64,000 nt of DNA. Origin: an uncultured Christensenella sp. (lineage in GTDB: Bacteria; Bacillota; Clostridia; Christensenellales; UBA3700). Position 1 is the first letter of the stretch, and every line of letters starts with the position of its first letter. Below are positions 1 to 9,895 of the stretch, in pieces. A program made the position numbers and the translations under genes. Under the pieces are notes generated by a model, which was not told the DNA's origin, made no database searches, and saw nothing but the letters and a program-made list of their open reading frames with translations. The DNA is taken from assembly GCA_950079155.1 (NCBI GenBank), contig CATMWH010000003.1, forward strand, positions 103,739 to 167,738. The letters run 5' to 3'.

Positions 1-1
1 A

Positions 2-163
2 GAAGATAATACAGAACTGTTAAATGCTTACAATTCTCTAATTGAAGAAGTGGAGAAAAAAATAAAAATACGAAGAAAGATTTTGAAAATAGTTTGCTGT
101 TGTAACTTCGTGCTTATAGTTTTGATGATAGCAACTGCAATTATTTTTAAAGTCATAGCGTGA
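2..163 (+). CDS. 3' end of a hypothetical protein (charged helical segment followed by a C-terminal TM helix); the 5' part lies outside the window
   Basis: Frame 2 is open from the window edge to TGA at 161-163. Translation ...EDNTELLNAYNSLIEEVEKKIKIRRKILKIVCCCNFVLIVLMIATAIIFKVIA ends in a ~20-aa hydrophobic stretch. Absent from the ORF track because it has no start inside the window. Confidence 0.35.
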   Translation, partial: EDNTELLNAYNSLIEEVEKKIKIRRKILKIVCCCNFVLIVLMIATAIIFKVIA

Positions 164-214
164 GTTAAATTTAAAATCATAACAAGTCTTTTGCAATGTT
201 GCATATAATACATT

Positions 215-1105
215 GTGAAAGACTTATTTTTTTTATCAGATATATGCGAAGTAAAGTTTGACGCGCCGTCGCCGTCTACGTTTGGTAGCGGTGGTAATTT
301 GGCTTGCGTGGCATATCCCAAGACGGCGGAAGAACTCCTCAAAGCAACTAGTATTTTGGACGCAGAGGGAGTAGAATATATCACTTTGGGAGCGTGTTCC
401 AACACGCTGATTAGTGACGACGGCGTAGACAGCGTGGTAATATCCACCCAAAGGCTTAAAGGCAAGACGCTTGAGGGCAATAATTTATATTTGCTTGCAG
501 GCGAGAGAATGACCGTAGTATGCAGATATGCCGCAGAAAACTCTTTGAGCGGAATCGAAGGACTGTGTTCAATACCGGGCAGTATGGGCGGCGGACTTGC
601 AATGAATTGCGGAGCCTTTGGCAGAGAACTCGGCGACGTCGTGGAGTATGCTGATATTCTTGTCGATGGGAAGATAGAGCGGATTAGGGCAAAGGACTTG
701 AACTTTGCCTATCGTCATTCCAATGTCAAGTATATGGGTATAGTCGTCGGCGTGGGAATAAAACTCGTCGAAGGAGATAAAAAGCGTATCGGCAAGGATA
801 TGAAGGGATACGCGATAGCAAGGGCGATGTCTCAACCAAAGGGAAAGTCTCTCGGCAGCGTGTTCAAAAAGTCGGGTATTATGTCGGCGGGATATTATAT
901 CGACAAGGCAGGTCTGAAAGGGTATGGGATAGGCGGCGCGCAGATATCCAATATTCACGCAAATTTTATACTCAATATAGGCGGAGCAACTTCTGCGGAT
1001 TTTCTAAGGCTAGCCGATTATGCAAGGCAAGAGGTTGACAAATGCTTTGGCGTTAAGTTAAAATATGAAGTAGAATATTTACCCGATATACGCAATCTCG
1101 ATTGA
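215..1105 (+). CDS. murB: UDP-N-acetylenolpyruvoylglucosamine reductase (MurB)
   Basis: 296 aa. MurB-like motifs: STFGSGGNLACVAYP, LGACSNTLISDDG, YRHSNVK, SLGSVFKKS, AGYYIDKAGLKGYGIGGAQIS, HANFILN. GTG start. Confidence 0.85.
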   Translation: MKDLFFLSDICEVKFDAPSPSTFGSGGNLACVAYPKTAEELLKATSILDAEGVEYITLGACSNTLISDDGVDSVVISTQRLKGKTLEGNNLYLLAGERMTVVCRYAAENSLSGIEGLCSIPGSMGGGLAMNCGAFGRELGDVVEYADILVDGKIERIRAKDLNFAYRHSNVKYMGIVVGVGIKLVEGDKKRIGKDMKGYAIARAMSQPKGKSLGSVFKKSGIMSAGYYIDKAGLKGYGIGGAQISNIHANFILNIGGATSADFLRLADYARQEVDKCFGVKLKYEVEYLPDIRNLD

Positions 1106-1180
1106 CTTGAAATAAAGCATACTAGACGTGTCTACCAATGTGACGAAATATATTCTAGAGTTCGCTAAGAATAATGTGTA

Positions 1181-1210
1181 TAGATTTCTCCACTACGGTC
1201 GGAATGACAT
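1181..1210 (-). repeat. Copy A of the dispersed ~30-nt intergenic repeat (reverse complement ATGTCATTCCGACCGTAGTGGAGAAATCTA)
   Basis: Near-identical to copies at 9511-9540 and 11067-11096. Lies in the murB-PHP intergenic region. Confidence 0.8.
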
Positions 1211-1314
1211 AAATAGGCTTGAGCGTCAATGACTTTTTAATGTTAATCTGAGCAAAACGTAGTGAATCGAATGGGCTTAAATTCAATGTTGACTAATAAA
1301 GGGAGGGCAATGCT

Positions 1315-2076
1315 GTGGACTTAAGAATTACTGCGGACTATCATTCGCATACTACGTATTCTCACGGCAAGGGAAGTATTGCCGACAACGCTCTTGCGGC
1401 AAGTCAAAAGGGCTTGGAGATACTTGCCATTACCGACCACGCAGTACGCCACCCATTTATCGGAGTAAGTTCCAAAAAATACGACGCAATACGCAAAGAC
1501 CTGCAGGAAGTACAAAGCCATTACACCGACCTTACTTTGCTTATGGGCATTGAGGCAAACATATTGGGTACGGATGGTGAGATCGACGTCACTGAAGAAG
1601 ACGCAAAGAAGTTGGATATACTCATTGCCGGTTATCATTTGACGTCTTTCCCATATAAGTTTGCAGATTATTTTAAGATAACTTGGAATGCTCTCACTAA
1701 GTATACTTTGAAGTCTACCAAGGGGCAGATAGCGCGTAATACGGCAATGTACGTCAATGCCGTCCAAAAGCATAAGATAGATATTCTCACGCATCCCGGT
1801 TTTAGACTTGATATAGATTATAAAGAGATAGGCAAGGTATGCGCTGACTACGGCACGTACGTTGAACTCTCTTCGAGACACCGCACTCCCAACGACGATA
1901 ATATTGAGTATTTGCTTGCAACGGATTGCCAATTCGTACTCGATTCAGACGCGCATAGGAGCAAGGATGTGGGTAGTTGCGACTTTGCAAAGTCGCTTGT
2001 CGAAAGATTTAATATACCTAAAGAGCGTATAGCAAATATAGATGGCAAAAAACTCGCGTTGCGCTCCAAATCTTGA
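1315..2076 (+). CDS. PHP-domain metal-dependent phosphoesterase (histidinol-phosphatase/YcdX-like)
   Basis: 253 aa. PHP motifs DYHSHTTYSHG, AITDHA, GIEANI, AGYH, THPG, LDSDAHR. SD GGGAGGG upstream of a GTG start. Confidence 0.75.
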   Translation: MDLRITADYHSHTTYSHGKGSIADNALAASQKGLEILAITDHAVRHPFIGVSSKKYDAIRKDLQEVQSHYTDLTLLMGIEANILGTDGEIDVTEEDAKKLDILIAGYHLTSFPYKFADYFKITWNALTKYTLKSTKGQIARNTAMYVNAVQKHKIDILTHPGFRLDIDYKEIGKVCADYGTYVELSSRHRTPNDDNIEYLLATDCQFVLDSDAHRSKDVGSCDFAKSLVERFNIPKERIANIDGKKLALRSKS

Positions 2077-2106
2077 CAGCGCGGACAAGCAATTCAAAGG
2101 CGTATA

Positions 2107-3060
2107 ATGAATTTTACTTCACAGTTAAAAAGCGATTTGTTGAAATCAATATTGCAAGCCCCGGAGGCAAGGCAGGATAGGTTTGCTTTTTTGCGGGCTC
2201 TTGTCAAGATGAGAGGTGGTATTGACGTATATAAAAAGTCAATCACTCTGACCTTGGAACTTGACAGTTTTGAAGACGTGTCGGATGTCGCGGCAATGCT
2301 CAAGGAGTTTACAGACGGCGAGATTTTCTTTGTCGTAGACGGCAGAAAGGGCGACAAGACGCCAAAGTTGCAGATAAAGGATAAGTATGCCAACGAGTTG
2401 CTTTCGTCGATGTCTCTGTCGCATTTTGAGGGAGATAAATTTATATTTGAAGACGAAGAAGGATATTTTCAATGTATACTTGACAAAGATATGTTTCAGT
2501 CGTACTTCAAGGGTATAGTTTATGGCGGAGCAAAGTTGCAGTTCCCCGACGAAGAATATCCAAATTACTGTTTGCAGATTTTCTTTTTGGACGTAGCGTT
2601 TTGCGAGCGTATCGTCAAGGTGCTTGAGGATATGGAGATATCCGTCAAGGTATACGAGCGCAAGAGCGTCAATATTTTGCAATCGCGCAGCGGTAACGAT
2701 ATTGCGGATATACTTGCTTTGGCGGGAGCGGTGGACAGCGTACTTCAACTCAACAATATTATGGCGGAAAGAGAAAAAGAAAACGACTTTAACAGGCAAA
2801 GCAATCTCTATATGGCGCATTACAAGAAGGCGGTCGACAGCGCGCAGAAGTATTTGCAGGCAATAGAGGTTTTGCAGCAGAGCGGAGAACTCGATAAGGT
2901 CGACAAAAAACTCAAAGCGGTTGCACTCGCAAGAGTAGAGAATTATGACGCAAGTATGCAAGAACTTGCAGATATATTAGGCACGAGTAAGACAAGTTTG
3001 TCGAGGTATCTCAACAAACTTTTGGACATTGCAAAGAAGGTAGAGAATGGAAGAAAATAA
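2107..3060 (+). CDS. whiA: DNA-binding protein WhiA
   Basis: 317 aa. LAGLIDADG-like N/middle region (FLRALVKMRGGI, YFKGIVYGGAKL) and a C-terminal HTH (MQELADILGTSKTSLSRYLNKL), which is typical WhiA architecture. Confidence 0.85.
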   Translation: MNFTSQLKSDLLKSILQAPEARQDRFAFLRALVKMRGGIDVYKKSITLTLELDSFEDVSDVAAMLKEFTDGEIFFVVDGRKGDKTPKLQIKDKYANELLSSMSLSHFEGDKFIFEDEEGYFQCILDKDMFQSYFKGIVYGGAKLQFPDEEYPNYCLQIFFLDVAFCERIVKVLEDMEISVKVYERKSVNILQSRSGNDIADILALAGAVDSVLQLNNIMAEREKENDFNRQSNLYMAHYKKAVDSAQKYLQAIEVLQQSGELDKVDKKLKAVALARVENYDASMQELADILGTSKTSLSRYLNKLLDIAKKVENGRK

Positions 3061-6000
3061 AGACGGCATTAGCAGAGGACTTTTAGACAGCATTGAAGAT
3101 TTGCTTGCGGACAAGCCTGTAAAAGAGGCTACGTCAAGCATTGACACGCAAAAAATTGCCAAGTCAGCCAATTCCCAAAAAGAGGACAAAGACAGCGTAT
3201 ACGACAGATACGAAAAGCCTTTCGTGCATTTGCATCTTCACTCGGAGTATTCTCTTTTGGACGGTCTAGCGAGAATTACTAAGGGTAAGAAGTCCCCGCT
3301 TTTAGATGCGTGTAAAGAACTTGGTATGCCGGGGTGCGCTCTCACCGACCACGGCAATATGTTCGGCGCGTATACTTTCTATAAGGCAGCCAACGCGCGT
3401 AACCTCAAGCCTATAATTGGTTGCGAGTTCTACACTTGCGAAGATATGAAGAGCAATGTCAGCGCAGAGCGCAATCACTTGGTGCTTATCGCCAAAAACA
3501 ACGAGGGATATAAAAACCTTGTCAAGATGGATTCGCTCGCGTATATAGACGGATATTATTACAAGCCGAGAATAGACCTTGATTTGCTTGAGAGGCACAG
3601 CGAAGGCGTGATATGTCTTTCGGCGTGTCTGTCCGGACGTATTCCCAGATTGCTGTCGTCGGGAGATTATAATGGCGCAAAAGAGTATGCGTTGAGGCTT
3701 AAGAATATGTTTGCCGAGGGAGATTTTTATATCGAACTTCAAGATCACGGTTTGACGGAGCAGAGGGCTATTCGCAATGACCTTGTGCGTCTTGCCGACG
3801 AGATAGGCGTCAAGTTGGTCGCGACCAACGACGTGCATTATATCAATCGCGAAGATTACATAGCGCAGGATATTCTCGTGCGTATCAACACGGGCAAGAC
3901 AATCAACGACGCTACCGGTATGGAAATGGGCAACGACCAATTCTATCTCAAGAGTTACGAGGAGATGATGGAGATATTCAGTTGGTGTCCCGAGGCTGTC
4001 ACCAATACAATAGAGGTAATGGAAAAGTGCAATGTGCGTATTGAAAAAGAGGACTTATATCCTCCTTATAAACCCGACGACGGATCTACGCCCGAGGAGT
4101 ATTTGCGAAAACTCGCCTACGAGGGCTTGGAACGCAGATACCATACGATTACCGATGAGATAAGGGAGAGAGCGGAGTATGAACTAGGCATCATCATTCG
4201 CACCGGCTTTGCCGAGTATTATCTCATAGTGTGGGACTTTATCAACTATGCGCGCACCCAAAGCATACCGGTTGGACCGGGGCGCGGTAGCGGAGTAGGC
4301 TCGATAATTGCGTATGCAATCGGCATAACCAATCTCGACCCACTCAAGTATCAACTGTTCTTCGAGCGTTTTCTCAATCCGGAAAGAGTTTCTGCGCCCG
4401 ACTTCGATATAGACTTCTGTATGGACAGACGCGGAGAAGTAATAGATTATGTCATACGCAAGTACGGCAAAGATAAGGTATGTCAGATTTTGGCGCTCGG
4501 TACTATGAAGGCCAAAGGCGCGATCAAGGACGTCGCAAGAGTATACAACGTGCCTTTGGATATAGTCAACTCCACGACAAAACTTATTCCCAACGCTCCC
4601 GGCGTAACGCTCGATAAAGTTCTCGGCAGAGACCCTAGCACCAAAGAAGACGATCTAAAACTTCGCAATCCCGAAGTAATCGAGATATACGAAAACAATC
4701 CCGAGATGCATAGAGTAATAGATATGGCTCTCAAGATAGAGGGGTTGCCGCGAAATTGTTCAAAGCACGCCGCAGGCGTCGTAATATGTAAAGAAGTCAT
4801 CAGCGACCACGTACCTTTGCAGCGCAACGGTCCCGATATAACGACGCAATTCCAAAAAGAAGAAGTCGAGGAGTTGGGTATGCTCAAAATGGACTTCTTG
4901 GGACTTACGACTTTGACTGATATAGACAAGGCGCTTAAATACGTAGAAAAAAATCACGGCGTAAAGATAGACTTTGAAGAATTGGGATACGACGATCCCG
5001 AAGTATACAAACTAATCGGCACCGGTGAAACCGAAGCGGTGTTCCAACTTGAAAGCGCGGGTATGAAAGGCTTTTTGAAGAGTTATCAACCAAAGAACTT
5101 GGAAGAAGTTATTGCAGGTATCTCTCTATACCGTCCGGGACCTATGAGTTGTATCGACGATTATCTCAATGCAAGAGCCAACAGGGATTTGATAAAGTAT
5201 GACGCTCCTCAACTTGAGAGTATCCTTGACGTAACCTTTGGATTTTTTGTATACCAAGAGCAGGTTATGCAAGCAGTGCAAGCGTGCGCGGGCTATACTC
5301 TCGGTAGAGCAGACAATTTGCGACGCGCAATGGGCAAAAAGAAAGTTGACGTTATGAACGCCGAAAAAACCGTATTTGTCAACGGTTGCGACGCAGTACC
5401 CGAAGTCGTCAACGATCAGGGTATCGTTATAAAAAAAGCCGCTCCAGCGGTAGACGGCGCAATAAAGAGAGGTATTTCCAAAGAAAACGCCGAAAAAATT
5501 TTTGACGGAATGGCAGACTTTGCAAAGTATGCTTTCAACAAGTCGCACGCCGCGGCGTACGCGACGCTGACTTATCAGACGGCTTATCTCAAGCGATATT
5601 ATATGCTTGAACTTTTTGCCGCCGTTATCAACAACCGTATCACTAAGTCTGACGAAATAGCAAAATATCTTGGGTACGTTAAAAACTACGATAAGAAGAT
5701 ATATCCGCCTCATATCAACAAGTCCGACGTAATATTTACCGTAGAAAACAATGACGGATTACGTTTTGGACTCGGCGGTATCAAGAATGTCGGAGAAGCG
5801 GCTATGAAAGCGCTTGTCGACGAGCGTAACGCAAACGGCGAGTATAAGTCGATAGGCGAAATGCTCAATAGACTTCCAGCAGGCACTGTAAATAAGAAGA
5901 TGATGGAGTGCCTTATCAAGGCGGGCGCTTTTGATTGCTTCGGACATACCAGAGCGGCGCTGCTTGCAAGTTACGAATCCATTATGCTTGTGAGTATGCA

Positions 6001-6814
6001 CGACAAGAAAATGCAGTCCAACGGACAAATGAGCCTATTTGGATTGCTTGAAGACGATGATTCCACACAAGAGGACAATATCCCTTACCTTAAGGAGTAC
6101 GGAGATAAACAACTTTTGGCGCTTGAGAAAGAAATGCTCAACGTGTATGTCAGCGGACACCCTCTTGACGAATACAGGGAGGAGATAAAAAAGTTTGACT
6201 TCAATATCTCCAAGATTGCCGATTTGCTTTCCAAAAACCTCGACGAAGAAGAACTTGACGAGAGCGAAGAGCAACTCATTAATCAATACGAAAACAAGAC
6301 TGTCACTATGGGCTGTATGCTGTCCAAGATAGAAAAGAAGACCACCAAAAGCGGCGGTATTATGGCATACGCCACGGTGGAAGATCTATACGGCGAAATG
6401 GAAGGCGTATTCTTTCCCAAGACTTATGAGAAGAACAGAGGTCTGCTTGTCAACGACAATATAGTTTTGATAAGGGCGACTGTAAAACGCAACAACGGAC
6501 GTATCAACCTCAATGTCCTTGACGTAGAGCCTTGGCGCAGAGAGGGCGGAGAAAGCGACGTCAAGATTCAAGAAGCCGAACAAAAACCAAGCCTTGCAAA
6601 GCATAAGGTATTTATTAAGATTGACGACAGACAGCAGTTCAGACAGGTTTTGGAGATATTGGAGGTATATCCCGGCAATGACATCGTCATTTTTAGAATG
6701 TTTGACGCAGACAAGCCTATGCAGTACGGCAAAGGCGTAAACCCAAAAGGCAACTTCGTCAATCAAATCAAAGCAATCGTTGGGGCTAACAATATAGTCA
6801 TAAGAGATCTATAA
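3047..6814 (+). CDS. dnaE: DNA polymerase III alpha subunit (DnaE type)
   Basis: 1255 aa. PHP domain (FVHLHLHSEYSLLDG, LTDHGNMFG), polymerase core (GPGRGSGVGS, PDFDIDF, LKMDFLGLTTL, QLESAGM, FNKSHAAAY) and OB-fold region. The start overlaps the whiA stop by 14 nt. About 58 aa of low-complexity N-terminus precede the PHP domain, so the exact start is uncertain. Confidence 0.93.
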   Translation: MEENKDGISRGLLDSIEDLLADKPVKEATSSIDTQKIAKSANSQKEDKDSVYDRYEKPFVHLHLHSEYSLLDGLARITKGKKSPLLDACKELGMPGCALTDHGNMFGAYTFYKAANARNLKPIIGCEFYTCEDMKSNVSAERNHLVLIAKNNEGYKNLVKMDSLAYIDGYYYKPRIDLDLLERHSEGVICLSACLSGRIPRLLSSGDYNGAKEYALRLKNMFAEGDFYIELQDHGLTEQRAIRNDLVRLADEIGVKLVATNDVHYINREDYIAQDILVRINTGKTINDATGMEMGNDQFYLKSYEEMMEIFSWCPEAVTNTIEVMEKCNVRIEKEDLYPPYKPDDGSTPEEYLRKLAYEGLERRYHTITDEIRERAEYELGIIIRTGFAEYYLIVWDFINYARTQSIPVGPGRGSGVGSIIAYAIGITNLDPLKYQLFFERFLNPERVSAPDFDIDFCMDRRGEVIDYVIRKYGKDKVCQILALGTMKAKGAIKDVARVYNVPLDIVNSTTKLIPNAPGVTLDKVLGRDPSTKEDDLKLRNPEVIEIYENNPEMHRVIDMALKIEGLPRNCSKHAAGVVICKEVISDHVPLQRNGPDITTQFQKEEVEELGMLKMDFLGLTTLTDIDKALKYVEKNHGVKIDFEELGYDDPEVYKLIGTGETEAVFQLESAGMKGFLKSYQPKNLEEVIAGISLYRPGPMSCIDDYLNARANRDLIKYDAPQLESILDVTFGFFVYQEQVMQAVQACAGYTLGRADNLRRAMGKKKVDVMNAEKTVFVNGCDAVPEVVNDQGIVIKKAAPAVDGAIKRGISKENAEKIFDGMADFAKYAFNKSHAAAYATLTYQTAYLKRYYMLELFAAVINNRITKSDEIAKYLGYVKNYDKKIYPPHINKSDVIFTVENNDGLRFGLGGIKNVGEAAMKALVDERNANGEYKSIGEMLNRLPAGTVNKKMMECLIKAGAFDCFGHTRAALLASYESIMLVSMHDKKMQSNGQMSLFGLLEDDDSTQEDNIPYLKEYGDKQLLALEKEMLNVYVSGHPLDEYREEIKKFDFNISKIADLLSKNLDEEELDESEEQLINQYENKTVTMGCMLSKIEKKTTKSGGIMAYATVEDLYGEMEGVFFPKTYEKNRGLLVNDNIVLIRATVKRNNGRINLNVLDVEPWRREGGESDVKIQEAEQKPSLAKHKVFIKIDDRQQFRQVLEILEVYPGNDIVIFRMFDADKPMQYGKGVNPKGNFVNQIKAIVGANNIVIRDL

Positions 6815-6899
6815 TATTTTCTTGCATCTGTTGAAACATTGGGAGATTTGTCGCAATGTGACGTACTTGTAGTTTGTGTATAAAATCGCAAAACCCATA

Positions 6900-6928
6900 T
6901 TGACACTGGTAAAATTATTTGTTATACT
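6900..6928 (+). promoter_or_regulatory. Sigma-70/SigA-type promoter, TTGACA-17-TATACT
   Basis: TTGACA at 6900-6905, 17-nt spacer, TATACT at 6923-6928, about 36 nt upstream of the 6965 ATG (SD GGAGGAGG). Confidence 0.55.
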
Positions 6929-6964
6929 ATAATTGCATATAAGTACCGGATAGGAGGAGGCGCT

Positions 6965-8215
6965 ATGAGTAAGTCAAAGTTGAGTAGTAAAATATGTTGG
7001 ATATTAGTTTTGACAATTTTGTTGAGTTCTTTAATTTGTTGTTTTGCAGCGTGTAATTCTTCCGACTCCGGCGTTGTCAATGTTGAGGGGTGTCAAAAGC
7101 AACTTGTCGACAGTGATTTTTCGGGAGTAAGCGCCATAATAACAGATCTGCAGACTGTTAAGCAAAATCAAAGTGTCTTTGAAAGCGCTTTGAATAATAG
7201 CAATGTTTTAATTCCCGAGAGAGATAGCAATTCCAACGTGCTTGCTTGGCAATTGATTGGATTTACTCAAGACGGCGCGGTGTTGTATCCGATTTATCTT
7301 TTCAACAAAGTAGACAAGAGCCAAATTGACTATGCTGAACTGGTAAATGATTCCAGCGCTTTGCTTAATAATAAAGAAAAAGAGTATATCTATTCTTCTT
7401 GCTACGCAGATAATCAAAACGCTATGTCGATTAGCGTAAGTTATTGCGTCTTCGTCAAGAATTATCTTGGCAAATATAAAAGAGTTGGTATGATAAAGAG
7501 CAAAGTTGCATTTTATTATTTTCCTATTGACAATGCCACTTATGATCATTATATAGGTAGATACGAGACGAGCGTTATTCCGACTTCCAAATACACTTTT
7601 AAATCCTATGATATGACATCAATGACCGTTAGAGAAAGTCGTATGGATGAGAATATAACTTATACCAATACTTGGGGCGAACAGTTGCCGTCAGATGGGG
7701 TTGCAATCAATACAGGTATTTTATATAGAGAAAGTTATGGGGAATTTATTGATAAAGACGTTGTTGCTACAAGTGGCAGCAATGGTTTTATGAAATTGAC
7801 GTTTGATACGCCTTATTATGAGAAAAGAGGCGTAGCCAACGTGGTAGCAAGAGATTTTATAGGTCACGAACGCGAAGGCTACGATGATTATTGGGGATTT
7901 ATTTCGACAGTTTCCCGTCACAGCGTAGGAGATAAAATTACTCTTGCGGCAGACAGAGGAAAGGCGTATACTGGCGTACGCTATACGCACTATAGGGCGT
8001 ATAAAGACGTGGACGACGTGGGTGTCAATTATCTGATTGACAATTTGTCATTGTGGGGACAAGTCGGCGAGCCGTCATACAATGGAGGTTATGATAATTA
8101 CATTTTGATAAGTTTGGCAAGTTCTCACGAATTGATAAGTAAAAGTATTACTATGAAAAACAGTACTAATAATAAATCAGGTGCGATTGCTACTTCGAGT
8201 TGTATTATCGCATAG
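6965..8215 (+). CDS. Hypothetical lipoprotein
   Basis: 416 aa. N-terminal signal peptide with lipobox-like ...LICCFAAC|NSS. No family recognised. Confidence 0.6.
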   Translation: MSKSKLSSKICWILVLTILLSSLICCFAACNSSDSGVVNVEGCQKQLVDSDFSGVSAIITDLQTVKQNQSVFESALNNSNVLIPERDSNSNVLAWQLIGFTQDGAVLYPIYLFNKVDKSQIDYAELVNDSSALLNNKEKEYIYSSCYADNQNAMSISVSYCVFVKNYLGKYKRVGMIKSKVAFYYFPIDNATYDHYIGRYETSVIPTSKYTFKSYDMTSMTVRESRMDENITYTNTWGEQLPSDGVAINTGILYRESYGEFIDKDVVATSGSNGFMKLTFDTPYYEKRGVANVVARDFIGHEREGYDDYWGFISTVSRHSVGDKITLAADRGKAYTGVRYTHYRAYKDVDDVGVNYLIDNLSLWGQVGEPSYNGGYDNYILISLASSHELISKSITMKNSTNNKSGAIATSSCIIA

Positions 8216-8358
8216 AGTTTTAATCAAAAAATTCTCAAAATTTACCTTCAAAATTGTGGTAATATTTATTCGCCTTTGATATAATACAGTAGATAAAAAT
8301 TTTTGAACTTGCGATATTGGGTATATTGCCGAGTTTTGCAAGGTTTATAAGAGGACAT

Positions 8359-9324
8359 ATGAAGAAAATCGGAGTTTTAACAAGCGGCGGAGATTCGCCG
8401 GGTATGAACGCCTGCGTAAGGGCAGTAGTTCGTTATGCAATTTATAATGGTTTGGACGTATACGGCATCGAGCGCGGATATACCGGACTTATCAAAAATC
8501 ATATAAAAGAAATGAACAAGCGCTCCGTCTCGGATATTATTCAGAGAGGCGGAACCATCCTCAAGACCGCAAGATGCCCGGAATTTGTCGAAGACAAGTA
8601 TATGCAGATTGCAGTAGAGAATATGGAGGCCTACGGCATCGACGGTTTAGTAGTCATCGGCGGAGACGGAAGTTTTAGAGGCGCGCAGGATTTGTATAAG
8701 AAATTCGGCGTTAAGGTAGTTGGTATTCCCGGTACTATAGACAATGATTTGGCATATACCGATTACACGCTTGGCTTTGACACCAGTGTAAATACAGTTG
8801 TGTCGGCAATCAACAATCTTCGTGATACAATGACATCGCACGACAGAGTTTGTATTATAGAGGTTATGGGCAGAAAGTGTGGAGACATTGCGCTTTATGC
8901 AGGTATTTGCGGCGGCGCCGAAATAATACTCGTCCCGGAAGTGCAATACGATCTTAAGCAAGTCGTCAAAAAGATTTGTCTAAACCAAAGAGTTGGCAAG
9001 ACTTCCGATATTATCGTGCTTGCCGAGGGCGTATGCAAAGCAGAAGATCTCAAACAGCACCTTAAAGACAACGGCGTAATGGGTTCTATCAAGACTACTA
9101 CGCTGGGATATATCCAAAGAGGCGGCGCGCCTACAATGTCAGACCGTGTGCTTGCCGCAAGATGCGCAGTAAAGGCTGTAGACTTGCTTATGAAGGAAGA
9201 GGGCGGCAAAGTCGTCGGCGTAAGACAAAATCAAATTATCGACGTTGATATCGAAGAAGCGCTTAAGATGCCTCGTAAGTTTGATGAGGAATTATATAAT
9301 ACCGCAATGATATTGGGATTATAA
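8359..9324 (+). CDS. pfkA: ATP-dependent 6-phosphofructokinase
   Basis: MKKIGVLTSGGDSPGMNA, GGDGS, IPGTIDND, MGR, LGYIQRGG. I prefer the ATG at 8359 (SD GAGGA 5 nt upstream) over the track start at 8317. Confidence 0.93.
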   Translation: MKKIGVLTSGGDSPGMNACVRAVVRYAIYNGLDVYGIERGYTGLIKNHIKEMNKRSVSDIIQRGGTILKTARCPEFVEDKYMQIAVENMEAYGIDGLVVIGGDGSFRGAQDLYKKFGVKVVGIPGTIDNDLAYTDYTLGFDTSVNTVVSAINNLRDTMTSHDRVCIIEVMGRKCGDIALYAGICGGAEIILVPEVQYDLKQVVKKICLNQRVGKTSDIIVLAEGVCKAEDLKQHLKDNGVMGSIKTTTLGYIQRGGAPTMSDRVLAARCAVKAVDLLMKEEGGKVVGVRQNQIIDVDIEEALKMPRKFDEELYNTAMILGL

Positions 9325-9454
9325 TTCTACACAGTATTTAGCAACCGCATATAGCGTTGTAGTACACTTGACGATACCGCTCACCCTAGAACGGACGAAA
9401 ACTACTACACTCTCTGCGGTTGTGCGTAATTTATATTTTAATATGATTGAAGAT

Positions 9455-9482
9455 AAAAAGCGAGAGAGAACTCTCGCTTTTT
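9455..9482. terminator. Bidirectional rho-independent terminator between convergent pfkA and the XRE gene
   Basis: Stem GCGAGAG / CTCTCGC with loop AGAA, flanked by an A-run on the 5' side and a T-run on the 3' side. Confidence 0.6.
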
Positions 9483-9510
9483 GTCATTGACGCTTGCGCG
9501 AGACAATCCA

Positions 9511-9540
9511 ATGTCATTTCGGCCGTAGTGGAGAAATCTA
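9511..9540 (+). repeat. Copy B of the dispersed ~30-nt repeat (ATGTCATTTCGGCCGTAGTGGAGAAATCTA)
   Basis: Direct sequence match to copies A and C. Confidence 0.8.
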
Positions 9541-9650
9541 AATTGATATAAGACTCTTCGATTAAGTTCAGAGTAACGCATTCAAGGTGCAAATTTTGCT
9601 TTAAATAAGGCATTCTGATTGAAGTAAAGTCAAAATATTTAATAATTATA

Positions 9651-9869
9651 CTATTTATTTTCTTCTAAACCTAAAAGATAATCTGCGGATTCGTCGAGTA
9701 TTTTGCAGAGGTTGGCAAAAGTGTCTAACGCTGGCATTATGTCGCCTTTAATGTAGTGCGCAATGCAAGATTGAGAAACTCCCAAACACTTTGCAAGTTG
9801 AGATTGTGTCATTCCGCTATTTTTAATTGCTTTAGCCAAATTTGATTGAATTTCTGTCAATGTGATCAT
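9651..9869 (-). CDS. XRE-family helix-turn-helix transcriptional regulator
   Basis: 72 aa. Classic HTH_3 pattern: LAKAIKNSGMTQSQLAKCLGVSQSCIAHYIKGDIMPALDTFANLCKIL. SD AGAGG. Confidence 0.85.
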   Translation of the reverse strand: MITLTEIQSNLAKAIKNSGMTQSQLAKCLGVSQSCIAHYIKGDIMPALDTFANLCKILDESADYLLGLEENK

Positions 9870-9895
9870 AATCTAACCTCTTTATCTACGATAAT

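Noticed and set aside
8317-8358. Upstream start codons offered by the ORF track for pfkA (8317), rplC (11862), rplO (20246), rpoA (25753), the hydrolase (27339), acpP (28910), leuC (33202), the SH3b protein (35062), the lipoprotein (40365), ychF (41371), thiT (49868) and the HTH gene (52757).
   Set aside because: In each case a downstream ATG has proper SD spacing or a promoter placed for leaderless initiation, and it gives the conserved N-terminus. The longer versions overlap the SD, a promoter or a riboswitch.
9345-9424. Possible tRNA or tRNA-like gene suggested by the 7-8-bp terminal helix.
   Set aside because: There is no D-loop or T-loop consensus (no GTTCRANYC-like sequence), and the internal helices do not fit a cloverleaf.
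9431-9613. The 60-aa ORF at 9431-9613 (-) and the 88-aa ORF at 10832-11098 (-).
   Set aside because: Both are generated by reading through copies of the dispersed repeat (peptides ...DFSTTAEMT... and MRFLHYGRND...) and through terminator sequence. The second also overlaps the 3' end of the LRR gene on the opposite strand.
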